A model generated the notes under the pieces. That model was given only the letters and a program-made list of their open reading frames with translations. It was not told the origin of the DNA and searched no databases. The translations under genes and the position numbers were made by a program. 64,000 nt of DNA from Candidatus Latescibacterota bacterium (GTDB taxonomy: Bacteria > Latescibacterota > UBA2968), in assembly GCA_965208125.1 (NCBI GenBank), contig OZ242320.1, forward strand, positions 5,248,001-5,312,000, read 5' to 3'. This document shows, piece by piece, positions 27,122-37,604 of this stretch (position 1 is its first letter; each line of letters opens with the position of its first letter).

Positions 27122-28168
27122 TTAAGCTAAGGTTATACCAACAGCGCGTCCTGTTTCACAAATCTGTCGCCAGGTCTCATCATCTATGTTCACGCCATGG
27201 GCTTCTTTCTCTCGCCGCATGCGCGCTTCCATCTCGCCCGGCATCAAAATTTCATCGAACCCGGGCGCGAGCCGGGCACTTTTCAAAAATTGCACAAACG
27301 ATAGCATTTCATCGCGAAATTGATCGCGGCCGACAAAAGCCCCAATATCCAGCGCCATAATAAACACCCCATTGCCACCGGAAAGTCCACCTTCGCGACT
27401 GCAACCACCGCCACCGAGTGCGCCAGACAAAACATCGACCACCACAGAAAGCGCGTAGCCCTTATGCGCGGAAATCCCGCCAAAAGGCAAAATAGCCCCT
27501 CGGGGTGGACCGTAAAACTTTGCCGGATCCGTCGTCGAATCGCCCTCGGCATCAATAACCCAGCCTTCGGGCAGCGATTCCCCCAAATTGCGCTTCACCC
27601 GAATTTTCCCTTCCGCGACAACACTCGTGGTCAAATCCACGACAATCGGAAAATCGCCCCCCGTGGGAATACCCACGGCAATGGGATTGGGCGACATGCG
27701 CGCGTCAATGCCGCCAAACGGATGCTGAAGCAATCCCCCGCCGTGATTATTGCACATCACAATGCCAATCATCTCCGCCTCGGCAGCGACCTCCACATAT
27801 TCACCCAAACGCCCAATATGCCCGCTATTGAAAAGCTCGACCACGGCAACCGACCGCTGTTTTGCCTTCTCCATTGCCAGCGCCATAGCCTGATGGCAAA
27901 CAGTTTGTCCAAACCCCCAACCGCCATCGGCAACCGCCGAAGCATCGGCCTCGCGCACAACCGCGATCTCCTGCCCGGCGTGTACGCGCCCTTCCTCAAG
28001 TGCCTGAACGTACTGCACAAGCCGAATCACACCGTGGGAATCGTGCCCCATCAAATTGGACAACACCAGCGAATGCGCAATCTGACGCGCTTCTTCCGCG
28101 CTCAGACCCGCGCCTTCAAATACCCGTGTACAGGCTCCCTTGAGCTCTTCAACATCCAAAACTGGCAT
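27122..28168 (-). CDS. Ldh_2 (malate/L-lactate/ureidoglycolate dehydrogenase-like) oxidoreductase
   Basis: GHDSHGV, HIGRLG, PNPIAVG, HKGYAL and PGE motifs. Confidence 0.88.
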   Translation of the reverse strand: MPVLDVEELKGACTRVFEGAGLSAEEARQIAHSLVLSNLMGHDSHGVIRLVQYVQALEEGRVHAGQEIAVVREADASAVADGGWGFGQTVCHQAMALAMEKAKQRSVAVVELFNSGHIGRLGEYVEVAAEAEMIGIVMCNNHGGGLLQHPFGGIDARMSPNPIAVGIPTGGDFPIVVDLTTSVVAEGKIRVKRNLGESLPEGWVIDAEGDSTTDPAKFYGPPRGAILPFGGISAHKGYALSVVVDVLSGALGGGGCSREGGLSGGNGVFIMALDIGAFVGRDQFRDEMLSFVQFLKSARLAPGFDEILMPGEMEARMRREKEAHGVNIDDETWRQICETGRAVGITLA

Positions 28169-28253
28169 ACACCCTCCTCACCAAATCAAAACCGGGCCAT
28201 AATCTACCATTAACGGGCATAATGGTCAATAATTGAGTCTAATTTCTCACCCC

Positions 28254-28640
28254 TCAAAGCATCTTCTCCTTGCGATGCACCAGTTGCACGCAAACGCCCC
28301 AGGGATCGCGCAACATCGCCAGTGTATCCCCTGCATCCGTGGGCGTGGGTTCCTGCACAACCGTTGCACCCGCGGCTTTCAAACGCGCAAAATCGGCCTC
28401 AATATCCTCCGTCGCATAGGCAAAATGCAGTGCCAGATGGTGCATCGAAGCATAATCTGGCGTCTCCACTTCTGGCTGGTGATAAAGCTCGTACATCGTC
28501 GTCCCTTCCGAATCCGCCACAAAGGTCATCTTGATGGGCGGTGGCCCCTGGCGCACAACGCGCATGCCCAGATTATCGCAATACCACTTTGCAACCTCAT
28601 CGGGATCATCAACCACAAAAGCAATGTGTTCAACCTTCAT
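28254..28640 (-). CDS. VOC/glyoxalase family protein
   Basis: EHIAFVV...HFAY...RDPWG. Confidence 0.85.
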   Translation of the reverse strand: MKVEHIAFVVDDPDEVAKWYCDNLGMRVVRQGPPPIKMTFVADSEGTTMYELYHQPEVETPDYASMHHLALHFAYATEDIEADFARLKAAGATVVQEPTPTDAGDTLAMLRDPWGVCVQLVHRKEKML

Positions 28641-28685
28641 CTCTTTCTCCTTTTACTAATGATGGGCAGATTCATGGGCCTGCCC

Positions 28686-29699
28686 CTAACCCGTCATGCC
28701 TTCCAACTGCAATATATCGCTCAAATGACAGCGCACTGCATGTCCTGGCGCGATCTCGCGCAATTCTGGCACTTCTTCCTTACACCGATCCTCGACATAA
28801 GGGCAACGCGGATGAAACGCACAGCCCGAAGGTGTATCCCCGGGATCCGCTACCTCGCCAGACAGCAAAACGCGCTTCTTCTTTCGTTTGGGATCTGGAT
28901 TGAGCACCGCCGACAAAAGTGCCTCGGTATAGGGATGCGCCGGACTTTGAAAAAGCTGATCAACCGGAGCCAATTCCACAACCTTACCCACATACATCAC
29001 CGCCACGCGGTCGGAAATATGGCGCACCACACTCAAATCGTGCGCGACAAACAAATACGTCAACCCGAACTTTTCTTGCAACTCCTGAAGCAAATTGAGC
29101 ACCTGCGCCTGCACAGAGACATCCAACGCGGAAACGGGTTCATCCGCCACGATCAACCTGGGATGCAATGCCAGTGCCCTCGCAATGCCAATACGCTGCC
29201 GCTGCCCCCCGCTAAAAGCGTGTGGATACCGCCGCAAAAAATGGGGATTCAACCCCACCTGAGCGAGCAATTCCCGCACGCGCGTCTCCCGTTCGTGGCG
29301 ATCTGCGACCCCATTGACCAGCAGCGGTTCACCAATAATATCGAGCACCGTCATACGCGGATTCAAAGAGGCGTAGGGATCTTGAAAAATCATCTGCATA
29401 TCTCGGCGCAGCGACTTGAGCACATCGTGGGGTGCCCGTGCAACATCGACCTCCTCGCTATCCTTGCGGAACCACACCTCGCCAGCCGTGGGAGCTATCG
29501 CCCGCAAAATCGTGCGCCCAACCGTTGTTTTACCCGATCCGCTTTCCCCAACCAGTCCCAGACACTCCCCTTCAAACAAATCAAAACTCACGCCATCTAC
29601 GGCTTTGACCTGACCGACAACCGTATTGAAAAAACCGCGCGTAATGGGAAAATGCTTTCTCAGATCGCGCACCCGCAACAGGGCATTCTGTTCACGCAT
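28686..29699 (-). CDS. Opp/Dpp-type ABC ATP-binding subunit (OppF-like)
   Basis: [24 protein letters not shown] and C-terminal GCAFHPRCP. Confidence 0.9.
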   Translation of the reverse strand: MREQNALLRVRDLRKHFPITRGFFNTVVGQVKAVDGVSFDLFEGECLGLVGESGSGKTTVGRTILRAIAPTAGEVWFRKDSEEVDVARAPHDVLKSLRRDMQMIFQDPYASLNPRMTVLDIIGEPLLVNGVADRHERETRVRELLAQVGLNPHFLRRYPHAFSGGQRQRIGIARALALHPRLIVADEPVSALDVSVQAQVLNLLQELQEKFGLTYLFVAHDLSVVRHISDRVAVMYVGKVVELAPVDQLFQSPAHPYTEALLSAVLNPDPKRKKKRVLLSGEVADPGDTPSGCAFHPRCPYVEDRCKEEVPELREIAPGHAVRCHLSDILQLEGMTG

Positions 29700-30699
29700 C
29701 GCGCACATCCTCTCCATACAACACACACGCAACCACATGCCCATCCTCAACAGCGAGCAAGTCTGGCCTATCGCCCGCATTGCACACCCCGTCCTGTGCC
29801 ACTTCACATCGCGGATGAAAAGGACACCCCTGCAATTGCGTATAGGGATCGGGCACGGACCCCCTGATCGTCTGCAACCGCGTCTTTCTCGCCTGGCTCA
29901 TTCCCGGGATAGATTGCATCAGCGCCTGCGTATAGGGGTGTTTGGGATTTTCAAAAATCTCCTCTGTCGCCGCGTGTTCCACAATGCGCCCCATATACAT
30001 CACTGCAACCTCATCTGCCATTTCTGCGACCACACCCAAATCGTGTGTAATCAACATAATCGACATCTGAAATTCGTCTTGCAAATCGCGCATCAAATCC
30101 AGTATCTGCGCCTGAATAGTGACATCCAATGCGGTCGTGGGTTCATCGGCAATCAACAGTGCCGGACGGCACGAAAGCGCCATGGCAATCATCACACGCT
30201 GTCGCATCCCGCCACTCATCTCGTGCGGATATTGTGCAAACCGCCGCTCCGCATCCGGAATCCCAACCCGATCCAGCATATTTACGGCGAGTGACCACGC
30301 TTCTTCACCCCGCAAATCGAGATGCAACCGAATCGCCTCAACAATTTGAAACCCCACCGTATGCACCGGACTCAGCGACGTCATCGGCTCCTGAAAAATC
30401 ATTGCAATTTCGTGCCCGCGAATCGCGCGAATATCCTCGCCCTCTTCATCCAGATCCGTCAAATAAATCTCGCGGTCTGGACGATGCAAAACAATCTCGC
30501 CCTCCACAATCCGCCCGGGTGATGACACCAGGCGCAATGCCGAAAAAGCCGTCACGCTCTTCCCGCACCCACTCTCCCCCACAATCCCCACCGTCTTCCC
30601 CCGGGGAATATCCATCGTCACGCCATCCACAGCGCGAACCGTTCCCTCATCGAGAAAAAAGTGCGTCTTCAAATTATTTATGGTCAACACATTGTCCAA
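29692..30699 (-). CDS. Opp/Dpp-type ABC ATP-binding subunit (OppD-like)
   Basis: [16 protein letters not shown] and DEPTTALD motifs. Confidence 0.9.
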   Translation of the reverse strand: MDNVLTINNLKTHFFLDEGTVRAVDGVTMDIPRGKTVGIVGESGCGKSVTAFSALRLVSSPGRIVEGEIVLHRPDREIYLTDLDEEGEDIRAIRGHEIAMIFQEPMTSLSPVHTVGFQIVEAIRLHLDLRGEEAWSLAVNMLDRVGIPDAERRFAQYPHEMSGGMRQRVMIAMALSCRPALLIADEPTTALDVTIQAQILDLMRDLQDEFQMSIMLITHDLGVVAEMADEVAVMYMGRIVEHAATEEIFENPKHPYTQALMQSIPGMSQARKTRLQTIRGSVPDPYTQLQGCPFHPRCEVAQDGVCNAGDRPDLLAVEDGHVVACVLYGEDVRDA

Positions 30700-30700
30700 A

Positions 30701-31453
30701 TCACACGGCTCCTTTTGCCCGCGCCATAAACGCCTTTGCACCCTCTTGCAGCCACCCGGTGCTATTCACCAGCAGCATCTGCACCCCGGCAGCGGCAAAT
30801 TTCCCTACATTGTCCGACGAGGTCATCGTTCCCGCTATACGCCCCGACGCGATGATCTTTGCAAGCGCGCCGTCAATCGTCTTTTGCACCACTTTATTTT
30901 CCAAATCGCCAATATATCCCATTGACGCTCCCAGATCTGAAGGCGCAACAAAAAATACATCGACCTGATCCACAGTCAGGATCTCATCCAGATTCTCCAC
31001 CGCGATGATGTCTTCAATCAAAATGGTGAGCAACACCTCGTCATTCGCCTTAGCAAAATAATCTTCAACACCATAGCCCTGCCGACTCGTGAACATACCG
31101 CGCTGACCAATGGGCGCAAACCGCCCACCAGCCACGACATTTTCCGCTTCCTCGCGCGTATTCACATGCGGCACCACAATACCCTGCGCTCCCCTATCCA
31201 GGGTGCGATAAATAAGCGTCTGATCGTTGCGATTCACGCGCACAATCGACGTCATGCCCCACAAATCACAGGCGCGCGTGAGATTGCCCAACTCGTCAAA
31301 AGCCATGGGGCCATGCTCCCCCTCAATCCATATCCCATCAAAATTCGCGGGACCAAATGTATCAATATCATCCGCGTGCGTAAATCCACCGGCGATATAC
31401 GCCTGTTCGCCTTGTCGCAACTTGTGTTTTACCCGATTCTGTCGAAGTTCCAT
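30701..31453 (-). CDS. HpcH/HpaI aldolase family protein
   Basis: WIEGEHGP, LDRGAQGIVVPHV, PIGQRG, IED and APSDL motifs. Confidence 0.88.
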   Translation of the reverse strand: MELRQNRVKHKLRQGEQAYIAGGFTHADDIDTFGPANFDGIWIEGEHGPMAFDELGNLTRACDLWGMTSIVRVNRNDQTLIYRTLDRGAQGIVVPHVNTREEAENVVAGGRFAPIGQRGMFTSRQGYGVEDYFAKANDEVLLTILIEDIIAVENLDEILTVDQVDVFFVAPSDLGASMGYIGDLENKVVQKTIDGALAKIIASGRIAGTMTSSDNVGKFAAAGVQMLLVNSTGWLQEGAKAFMARAKGAV

Positions 31454-31465
31454 AAGTCTAATCTC

Positions 31466-32602
31466 CTAACGTGAATAAGGATCGGCGGCGTCGCGCAGAC
31501 CGTCACCGACAAAATTAAATGCGAGCACAGTAATAATCACAAAAATCACAGGCGTCAAAAGCCACGGCTGAAAAGCCACAGCCTGAACATTTTGCGCCTC
31601 TTTCAACAGCACGCCCCAACTCGTCACCGGCGGACGCAGCCCAAGACCGAGAAAACTCAGCGAAGTCTCGCCCAAAATCATGCCCGGCACAGCGAGCGTC
31701 AAACTCACGATAATATGGCTCATAAACGAAGGCAGCAGATGCCGTGTCATAATCCGCCAACGACTCGCGCCGGCAAGCAATGCAGCAGTTGCGAAATCCT
31801 CTTCGCGCAACGACAAAATTTTCCCGCGCACCTGCCGCGCCAAACCCGTCCACCCAATAAAGGACAACACAACCGTAATACCCATATAGATCTGCAAGGG
31901 CGACCACGATGAAGGCAGTGCCGCAGCCAGAGCCATCCACAGCGGAATAGACGGAAAAGACCTGAGAATCTCAATCCCGCGCTGAATGAGATTGTCGATC
32001 CAACCCCCGTAGTACCCGGACACCACGCCGATCACCAGACCAAACACAAAACTCAGTGTCACCCCCACCAGCCCTATCGTCAGCGAAATGCGCGAACCGT
32101 AAATAATCCTCGAAAGCAAATCCCGCCCGAGATGATCCGTACCCAACAGAAAAAGCGTCCCCCCATCATCAACGCCGAAAAGATGGATATCCGTCTCAAA
32201 CAAACCCCAGAACCGATAGGGTGCGCCTCGCACAAATAAACGTACGGCATAGCGTTGCGAGCGGTCTTCGATATAGAACTTCCGAAGCGTTTCCGGATGT
32301 CGCACGCCCTTGATCCCATACACAAACGGCCAGAAATGCACGCCCTCATCCGACACAAATTGCAAACGCTGGGGCGGGGCAAACGCATAGGCAACCTGCC
32401 GATGATTGAGCGTATAAGGTGCCAAAAACTCGCAAAACACAGCCACCACATAAAGCGCCACAATAACCATACCCGCAGCCATCGCCAGGTGGTGCTTGCG
32501 AAACTTCCACCACATCAACTGCCACTGAGACGCGGCATAGGCTTCCGTTTCCCCGGTCAGCACATCTTGCTCGACAACCTCTTCCCTTCTGGGCATAGCC
32601 AT
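31466..32602 (-). CDS. Opp-type ABC permease (OppC-like)
   Basis: LGTDHLGRDLLSR, ETSLSFLGLG and GDGLRDAADP motifs. Confidence 0.92.
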   Translation of the reverse strand: MAMPRREEVVEQDVLTGETEAYAASQWQLMWWKFRKHHLAMAAGMVIVALYVVAVFCEFLAPYTLNHRQVAYAFAPPQRLQFVSDEGVHFWPFVYGIKGVRHPETLRKFYIEDRSQRYAVRLFVRGAPYRFWGLFETDIHLFGVDDGGTLFLLGTDHLGRDLLSRIIYGSRISLTIGLVGVTLSFVFGLVIGVVSGYYGGWIDNLIQRGIEILRSFPSIPLWMALAAALPSSWSPLQIYMGITVVLSFIGWTGLARQVRGKILSLREEDFATAALLAGASRWRIMTRHLLPSFMSHIIVSLTLAVPGMILGETSLSFLGLGLRPPVTSWGVLLKEAQNVQAVAFQPWLLTPVIFVIITVLAFNFVGDGLRDAADPYSR

Positions 32603-33598
32603 CTAATGCTCCCCTTCTTCATAGCGAATGCGCGGATCGAGCCACAACAACAAAATGTCTGAAATGAGCGTACCGACAAGCGTCAACAGGCTCAACATCA
32701 TCACCATACTGCCCGCCAAATACATATCCTGATTCATAAGCGCGCGCAACAACAGCGGTCCCGTCGTCGGCAAGCCCAACACCACCGACGTAATCGTCGC
32801 CCCAGACACAATGCCCGGCAAAACCCATCCCACAGTACTGACGAGCGGATTGAGCGCAACGCGCACCGGATACCGCATCAGCAACACCCAGTAGCGCACG
32901 CCTTTGGCGCGGGCAGTCATCACGTATTGCTTCCGCAATTCATCCAGCAAATTGCCCCGCATCACCCGTATCAATCCCGCCGTACCCGACGTGCCAATCA
33001 CAATCACCGGAATCCACAAATGCCCGAGCAAATCGAGAAATTTGCCAAAAGACCACGCCGCACTCTGATACTCCGGTGAAAACAGACCGCCTGCACTCAC
33101 CCCAAACACGGAATACCCAATGTACATAAAAATGAGCGCGAGCAAAAAATTGGGCGTTGCAAGCCCGATAAAGCCCAAAAACGTAAAACAATAATCCGGC
33201 AGTGAATACTGCTTCACAGCCGAATAAATCCCAACCGGAATCGCCAGCGCCCACGTCACCAGAAGCGTTACAATCGAAATAATAGACGTCAGCAAAATGC
33301 GTTCGCCAATCAGCTCTGTCACGGGCCGATTCCACTCAAACGACATCCCCAAATCACCCTGCACCATGCCGCCCAACCACCGCCAGTATTGCACCATAAA
33401 AGGCTGATCGAGATTGTACCGCGCCCGCAGTGCCGCAGCCTGTGCCTCATCCACCGTCTCTCCCGTTTCACCCAACGCAGCAATATACGACGTGAGATAA
33501 TCCCCTGGAGGAAGCTGGATAATCGAAAACGAAATAAACGAAATAATCACCATTGTGGGAATCATCCACAACAGGCGTTTAATCACCAGATTTAGCAT
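32603..33598 (-). CDS. Opp-type ABC permease (OppB-like)
   Basis: QLPPGD, YVMTARAKG and LDPRIR motifs. Confidence 0.92.
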   Translation of the reverse strand: MLNLVIKRLLWMIPTMVIISFISFSIIQLPPGDYLTSYIAALGETGETVDEAQAAALRARYNLDQPFMVQYWRWLGGMVQGDLGMSFEWNRPVTELIGERILLTSIISIVTLLVTWALAIPVGIYSAVKQYSLPDYCFTFLGFIGLATPNFLLALIFMYIGYSVFGVSAGGLFSPEYQSAAWSFGKFLDLLGHLWIPVIVIGTSGTAGLIRVMRGNLLDELRKQYVMTARAKGVRYWVLLMRYPVRVALNPLVSTVGWVLPGIVSGATITSVVLGLPTTGPLLLRALMNQDMYLAGSMVMMLSLLTLVGTLISDILLLWLDPRIRYEEGEH

Positions 33599-33607
33599 CT
33601 ATCTTTC

Positions 33608-35704
33608 CTATTCCTCAATCGCATAACACTCAACCGCCGTATTCCCGGGCGTGCGAAATGCCCAGCCGGACATCGCGACCTCGGGCACATTGCGAAATGA
33701 ATTTTTGACCAGATAAAACGAGGGCAATGCCCCCACCGTTCCGATAACCCACAGATTCTTTCGATTCAAATCGATAATTTCTCCCATAAGCCTGATCTGT
33801 TCCTCTTCGTCAATCGTCTTCTCAATCTCCCAAAACAACTCAATACACCGCCGCATATCACTGGGGGGTTCTTCACCGCGTTTTTTTTCCGTGCGATACC
33901 AGCGCGCATAATCCACCGCGTGTACAGACTCATCGCTAAATGGAACGAGCCAGCGCGGATCCAGAACCGCGATCTGCTCATCTGACCCACCCCATACGCC
34001 AACATCGTGCAACAAACCCTTTTTGCGCTCGTAAAACAACTGCCGCGCTTCTTCCTTCACCTCTGAATGCACCCCCACCGCCGTCCAATAACTCGCCACC
34101 AGTTCCAGAATGCGATTGTTCAGAGACGTCGTCTCAATATAGAGCTTAATCGGTTCGCCATCAGCCCGCAATCGCATGCCATTTCTCCCGCGCTTCAAAC
34201 CCATCTCGTCGAGCAGTGCATTCGCGCGGTCCGGATCGTATTCGATATATGCGCGCTCGTAATCCGCATCGTAAAACGGCGACGATGGCGGCGGACAAAC
34301 CTGCCGTGGCTTCCCAATCCCAAAATAATCCGCCTCGTTTAATTCAGCGCGATTCAGCGCGTGCGACAGGGCTTTTCGAAAGCGATGGTCTCCGATAATT
34401 CTCTTCATTTCCGGATCGCGGTGATTCAAATTCAACGCCAGGATATTTGACCCCGCCGATCCATTGACCCAATGCACAACCCGATAATCGCCCTTCTTTC
34501 TCCCCTCCATGAACAGCGGATAATTCTGGAACTGAAGATGCCGTCCCTGCATGCCTATTTCCCCATTGATCGCCTTGAGATTAATGGTCTCGGGATCAAA
34601 AATCTCAAACGTCATGCGGTCGATGTACGGCAGTTGATTCCCATCGGGATCGACCTTCCAATAATAGGGATTGCGCTCCAGCACTGCCGGGCGCGCAGGC
34701 GGCGGCGCAACCACAATCCATGGCCACAAACGCGGGATATCCGGATTGCGCCAATCGCGCATATCTTCAAAAAGCTGCTTCCACAAATCAAATCCCGCGG
34801 CCTCACTCATCGCCTCGAGCTTTTCCAAAGACGTGTACTTCGGATGAAATTGCTTCATATAATGGGCCGGATAGCGCAACATCTCATAACCGCGTCCCGA
34901 CGCCAACTTCACAACAAACAATCCATTGGGTTCCAAAAACGTGAACCGCACCGTATAATCATCGACCTTCTCCAATCCCATCACCCGTCCACCCCGCTTA
35001 AAATCGCGCGGCACAACAGGCGTTATCTCCTCATTTTGCAGCACATCCTCATACCAGAAAATGAGATCATCAACCGTAAACGGATGCCCGTCTGACCACC
35101 TCATCCCTCTGCGCAAATAAAATGTAAAACTGCGTCCCCCATCGGCAATCTCCCACCGCACGGCCAGATTGGGGATCACCTCCTGCGCCATCGCATCCCA
35201 TCGCACCAGCCCTTCATACGCAAACCGGGCTTCGACAATACCCACATCGCGGGGACCAGTCGCAAACCGCGTCCACGTCCCCCCATAAGGCCCATGTTGT
35301 TGCGGCGGTACAATAACAAGAGGATCCTCCGGCAGACGTTCCAATACAGGCGGCAGGATCCCCTCTCGCACCCGCTGGGCGAGCATAGGCGCTTCGCCAA
35401 ATCGTCCGCCCGACCATTCCATCACCCGATGCACCGCCCCCGTTGCCTGGGGATGGCGATTGGGAATCTCAACATCCGCCATCACAGCCTCGAGGTCCTG
35501 CGTCCCATCTGCCTGCACCACAGGCACAACGCCATCTTTTGGCGCACGCACCAGACTGCCCATCATAGCCTCAAATTCCGATGCCCGTTGTATGGCATCC
35601 GGATCGCGCGGCGAAAGGTAAAACGCGACATATCCCATCCCCTGCACCAGAAGCACAAAACTGGCAAAAACACCTACAAGCGCGATCCACACTTTAATTC
35701 CCAT
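33608..35704 (-). CDS. Family 5 ABC substrate-binding protein with N-terminal membrane anchor
   Basis: LPPVLERLPEDP, WSDGHPFTVDD and ERNPYYWKVDPDGNQLPYID motifs. Confidence 0.9.
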   Translation of the reverse strand: MGIKVWIALVGVFASFVLLVQGMGYVAFYLSPRDPDAIQRASEFEAMMGSLVRAPKDGVVPVVQADGTQDLEAVMADVEIPNRHPQATGAVHRVMEWSGGRFGEAPMLAQRVREGILPPVLERLPEDPLVIVPPQQHGPYGGTWTRFATGPRDVGIVEARFAYEGLVRWDAMAQEVIPNLAVRWEIADGGRSFTFYLRRGMRWSDGHPFTVDDLIFWYEDVLQNEEITPVVPRDFKRGGRVMGLEKVDDYTVRFTFLEPNGLFVVKLASGRGYEMLRYPAHYMKQFHPKYTSLEKLEAMSEAAGFDLWKQLFEDMRDWRNPDIPRLWPWIVVAPPPARPAVLERNPYYWKVDPDGNQLPYIDRMTFEIFDPETINLKAINGEIGMQGRHLQFQNYPLFMEGRKKGDYRVVHWVNGSAGSNILALNLNHRDPEMKRIIGDHRFRKALSHALNRAELNEADYFGIGKPRQVCPPPSSPFYDADYERAYIEYDPDRANALLDEMGLKRGRNGMRLRADGEPIKLYIETTSLNNRILELVASYWTAVGVHSEVKEEARQLFYERKKGLLHDVGVWGGSDEQIAVLDPRWLVPFSDESVHAVDYARWYRTEKKRGEEPPSDMRRCIELFWEIEKTIDEEEQIRLMGEIIDLNRKNLWVIGTVGALPSFYLVKNSFRNVPEVAMSGWAFRTPGNTAVECYAIEE

Positions 35705-35714
35705 TATTGCCTCT

Positions 35715-35765
35715 CATCTGCCATTCATCTGCGTACATCTGCGTACATCTGCGTACATCTGCGGA
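35715..35765. repeat. 10-bp tandem repeat (CATCTGCGTA)
   Basis: Three perfect copies from 35726, plus CATCTGCGGA and a degenerate CATCTGCCATT. Confidence 0.85.
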
Positions 35766-35770
35766 TACCC

Positions 35771-36508
35771 TCACCTGCTATATGCCCCAGTTGCAAATTT
35801 CTCAATTTCATCTCGCCCTCGCGCAATAGCTTCAGCGACAAAACGCGCTTTTATATGCTCATCAAAAAATGCATCGGCCCGCCCCCTGTTCTCAGCAAGA
35901 TGCTTTTCCAAATCATCGGACGGGGGACGACCAATCATCTTGAGAAATATATGCTCGAGAACAACGGGGTCTGCACTCTCTGCCCACCCCCGCGCACGCC
36001 TCACAAATCGAGATACTATTTCGCGATCAATAAATCCCACCTCTCCATGTCCTTCAAATCGATCCAGCACCTCCGCGACACCTGGATAATTGATGGGCAA
36101 TTCATCTACATAAGACCACAGCCCGTAAATAATGGGCCGCCAGTCTTCTACACCGTGTACATAAATCGTCACCTCATCGCGAAACGCTTCATCCGTCGTC
36201 AAATGCGCGATATACCCCATTAACAAAACGCGGTCTCGCGGATCCATATTCTGATAATCTGCCAGATTGGGATGCACCTCAAACATACCCGAAACGGATT
36301 TGCCCCACGTCTCGCGCCGATCCTCCGTGTAAAAATGCGATCCGTACTTGCCCATCTTCCCCAACAAACGCATCGCATCCGGCGCCATGGAACCCGCCAC
36401 AAGCTCCGGCAAATACCGCCGATTTAAAGCACCTACCTCAGGCAAATCGCGCTCGAGCAGTTCCTGCAACCCGAGCACCAATGCAAAATGACATCGCCCA
36501 CGAGGCAT
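35771..36508 (-). CDS. Zinc-dependent phospholipase C-like metal hydrolase
   Basis: N-terminal H, GSMAPD, SHFY and GYIAHLTTD pattern. Confidence 0.55.
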   Translation of the reverse strand: MPRGRCHFALVLGLQELLERDLPEVGALNRRYLPELVAGSMAPDAMRLLGKMGKYGSHFYTEDRRETWGKSVSGMFEVHPNLADYQNMDPRDRVLLMGYIAHLTTDEAFRDEVTIYVHGVEDWRPIIYGLWSYVDELPINYPGVAEVLDRFEGHGEVGFIDREIVSRFVRRARGWAESADPVVLEHIFLKMIGRPPSDDLEKHLAENRGRADAFFDEHIKARFVAEAIARGRDEIEKFATGAYSR

Positions 36509-36654
36509 CCATTTTCCTTTCTCAAGAGCCTGCACCACTTGCAATAGCAGTTTGCACGAAACCAACTATTTAAGCACAATTATCCCAATCAGCGCAAAAT
36601 TGAGTCGATATCCTGCGGGGCACATGTATAGTCATAGAACTCGCGTTTGTCAAC

Positions 36655-37512
36655 TCAATCGGCGAAAAGGGGCAGGACCTCATAAGTACCCGCATCATCT
36701 CGTCGTAATCTTCCCCAAGCAATATCCGGATCGTGCGGCCACGCCATAACCCAGTTCTCGGAAACCGCTCTCTCCATAACCTCTTGTTTAACCAGATAAG
36801 TCTGCCGCGGATACAGATCATACGCCATCACATAAATCGGCTTCAAGTGATGTGTCGTAGGAATCAAATCCCCCACAAAACAAAACGTATCCTCACCCGT
36901 ATGCACCAGCACAGATTGATGCCTGCGGGTATGCCCTGGCGTAACTATGACCTCAACAAAAGAACAAATACGCTCATCCCCCTCCAACAGCGCAAGCACA
37001 GGTGACAGCGGCCTCATCACCTCGTCGTATCGGTACCCATTCACAGTCTGTCCATCGGCATTATCGGCATCCTCCCATTCCCCCTTTTGCACATAATAAG
37101 TCGCATTTGGAAAAGCGGGCACACATTCACCATTCTCTTGCACCGTACAACCCCCGGCATGATCCTGGTGCAAATGCGTCAACACAACCCGCGTAATCTC
37201 CTCGGGCGCAATCCGCAACATCTCCAGAGACGACAGGAGACCATCCGACTCATCAAGCGCGTAAATCTCTCGCAGCTTCTCCGTCACCTTACCCCCAAAC
37301 CCGGTCTCAATCAGCACGGTCTCCCCCTGCCCTCTCACAAGCAAACAATTCATCGTCAGCCCAATGCGATTGCGCTCATCGGGCGGGTAACACCTTTCCC
37401 ACAGCGGACGGGGCACAACCCCAAACATTGCGCCGCCATCCATCCTCACCTGTCCGGCAGATAAAACCCACACATCGCAACCACCACTTTGTCTATAATC
37501 TACAATCGCCAT
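36655..37512 (-). CDS. MBL-fold metallo-hydrolase (YtnP-like)
   Basis: DGGAMFGVVP, THLHQDHAGG, TPGHT and GDLIP motifs. Confidence 0.88.
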   Translation of the reverse strand: MAIVDYRQSGGCDVWVLSAGQVRMDGGAMFGVVPRPLWERCYPPDERNRIGLTMNCLLVRGQGETVLIETGFGGKVTEKLREIYALDESDGLLSSLEMLRIAPEEITRVVLTHLHQDHAGGCTVQENGECVPAFPNATYYVQKGEWEDADNADGQTVNGYRYDEVMRPLSPVLALLEGDERICSFVEVIVTPGHTRRHQSVLVHTGEDTFCFVGDLIPTTHHLKPIYVMAYDLYPRQTYLVKQEVMERAVSENWVMAWPHDPDIAWGRLRRDDAGTYEVLPLFAD

Positions 37513-37525
37513 TCTTTTTCCTCCA

Positions 37526-37567
37526 ACTTTGCACTTCGCACTTAACTTCTTATGTCTTATCTTATCT
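37526..37567. repeat. Degenerate short tandem repeats
   Basis: ACTTTGC-ACTTCGC-ACTTAAC, then TCTTATG-TCTTATC-TTATCT. Confidence 0.45.
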
Positions 37568-37604
37568 CCATAAAAAATATTCGCAACAAAAAATAGGAGG
37601 TATC

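Noticed and set aside
28233-29867. 544-aa plus-strand ORF
   Set aside because: Antisense shadow of the VOC and ABC ATPase genes, with no recognisable motifs
35715-35765. Possible CRISPR array
   Set aside because: Units are contiguous 10-mers without spacers, and there are no cas genes in the window
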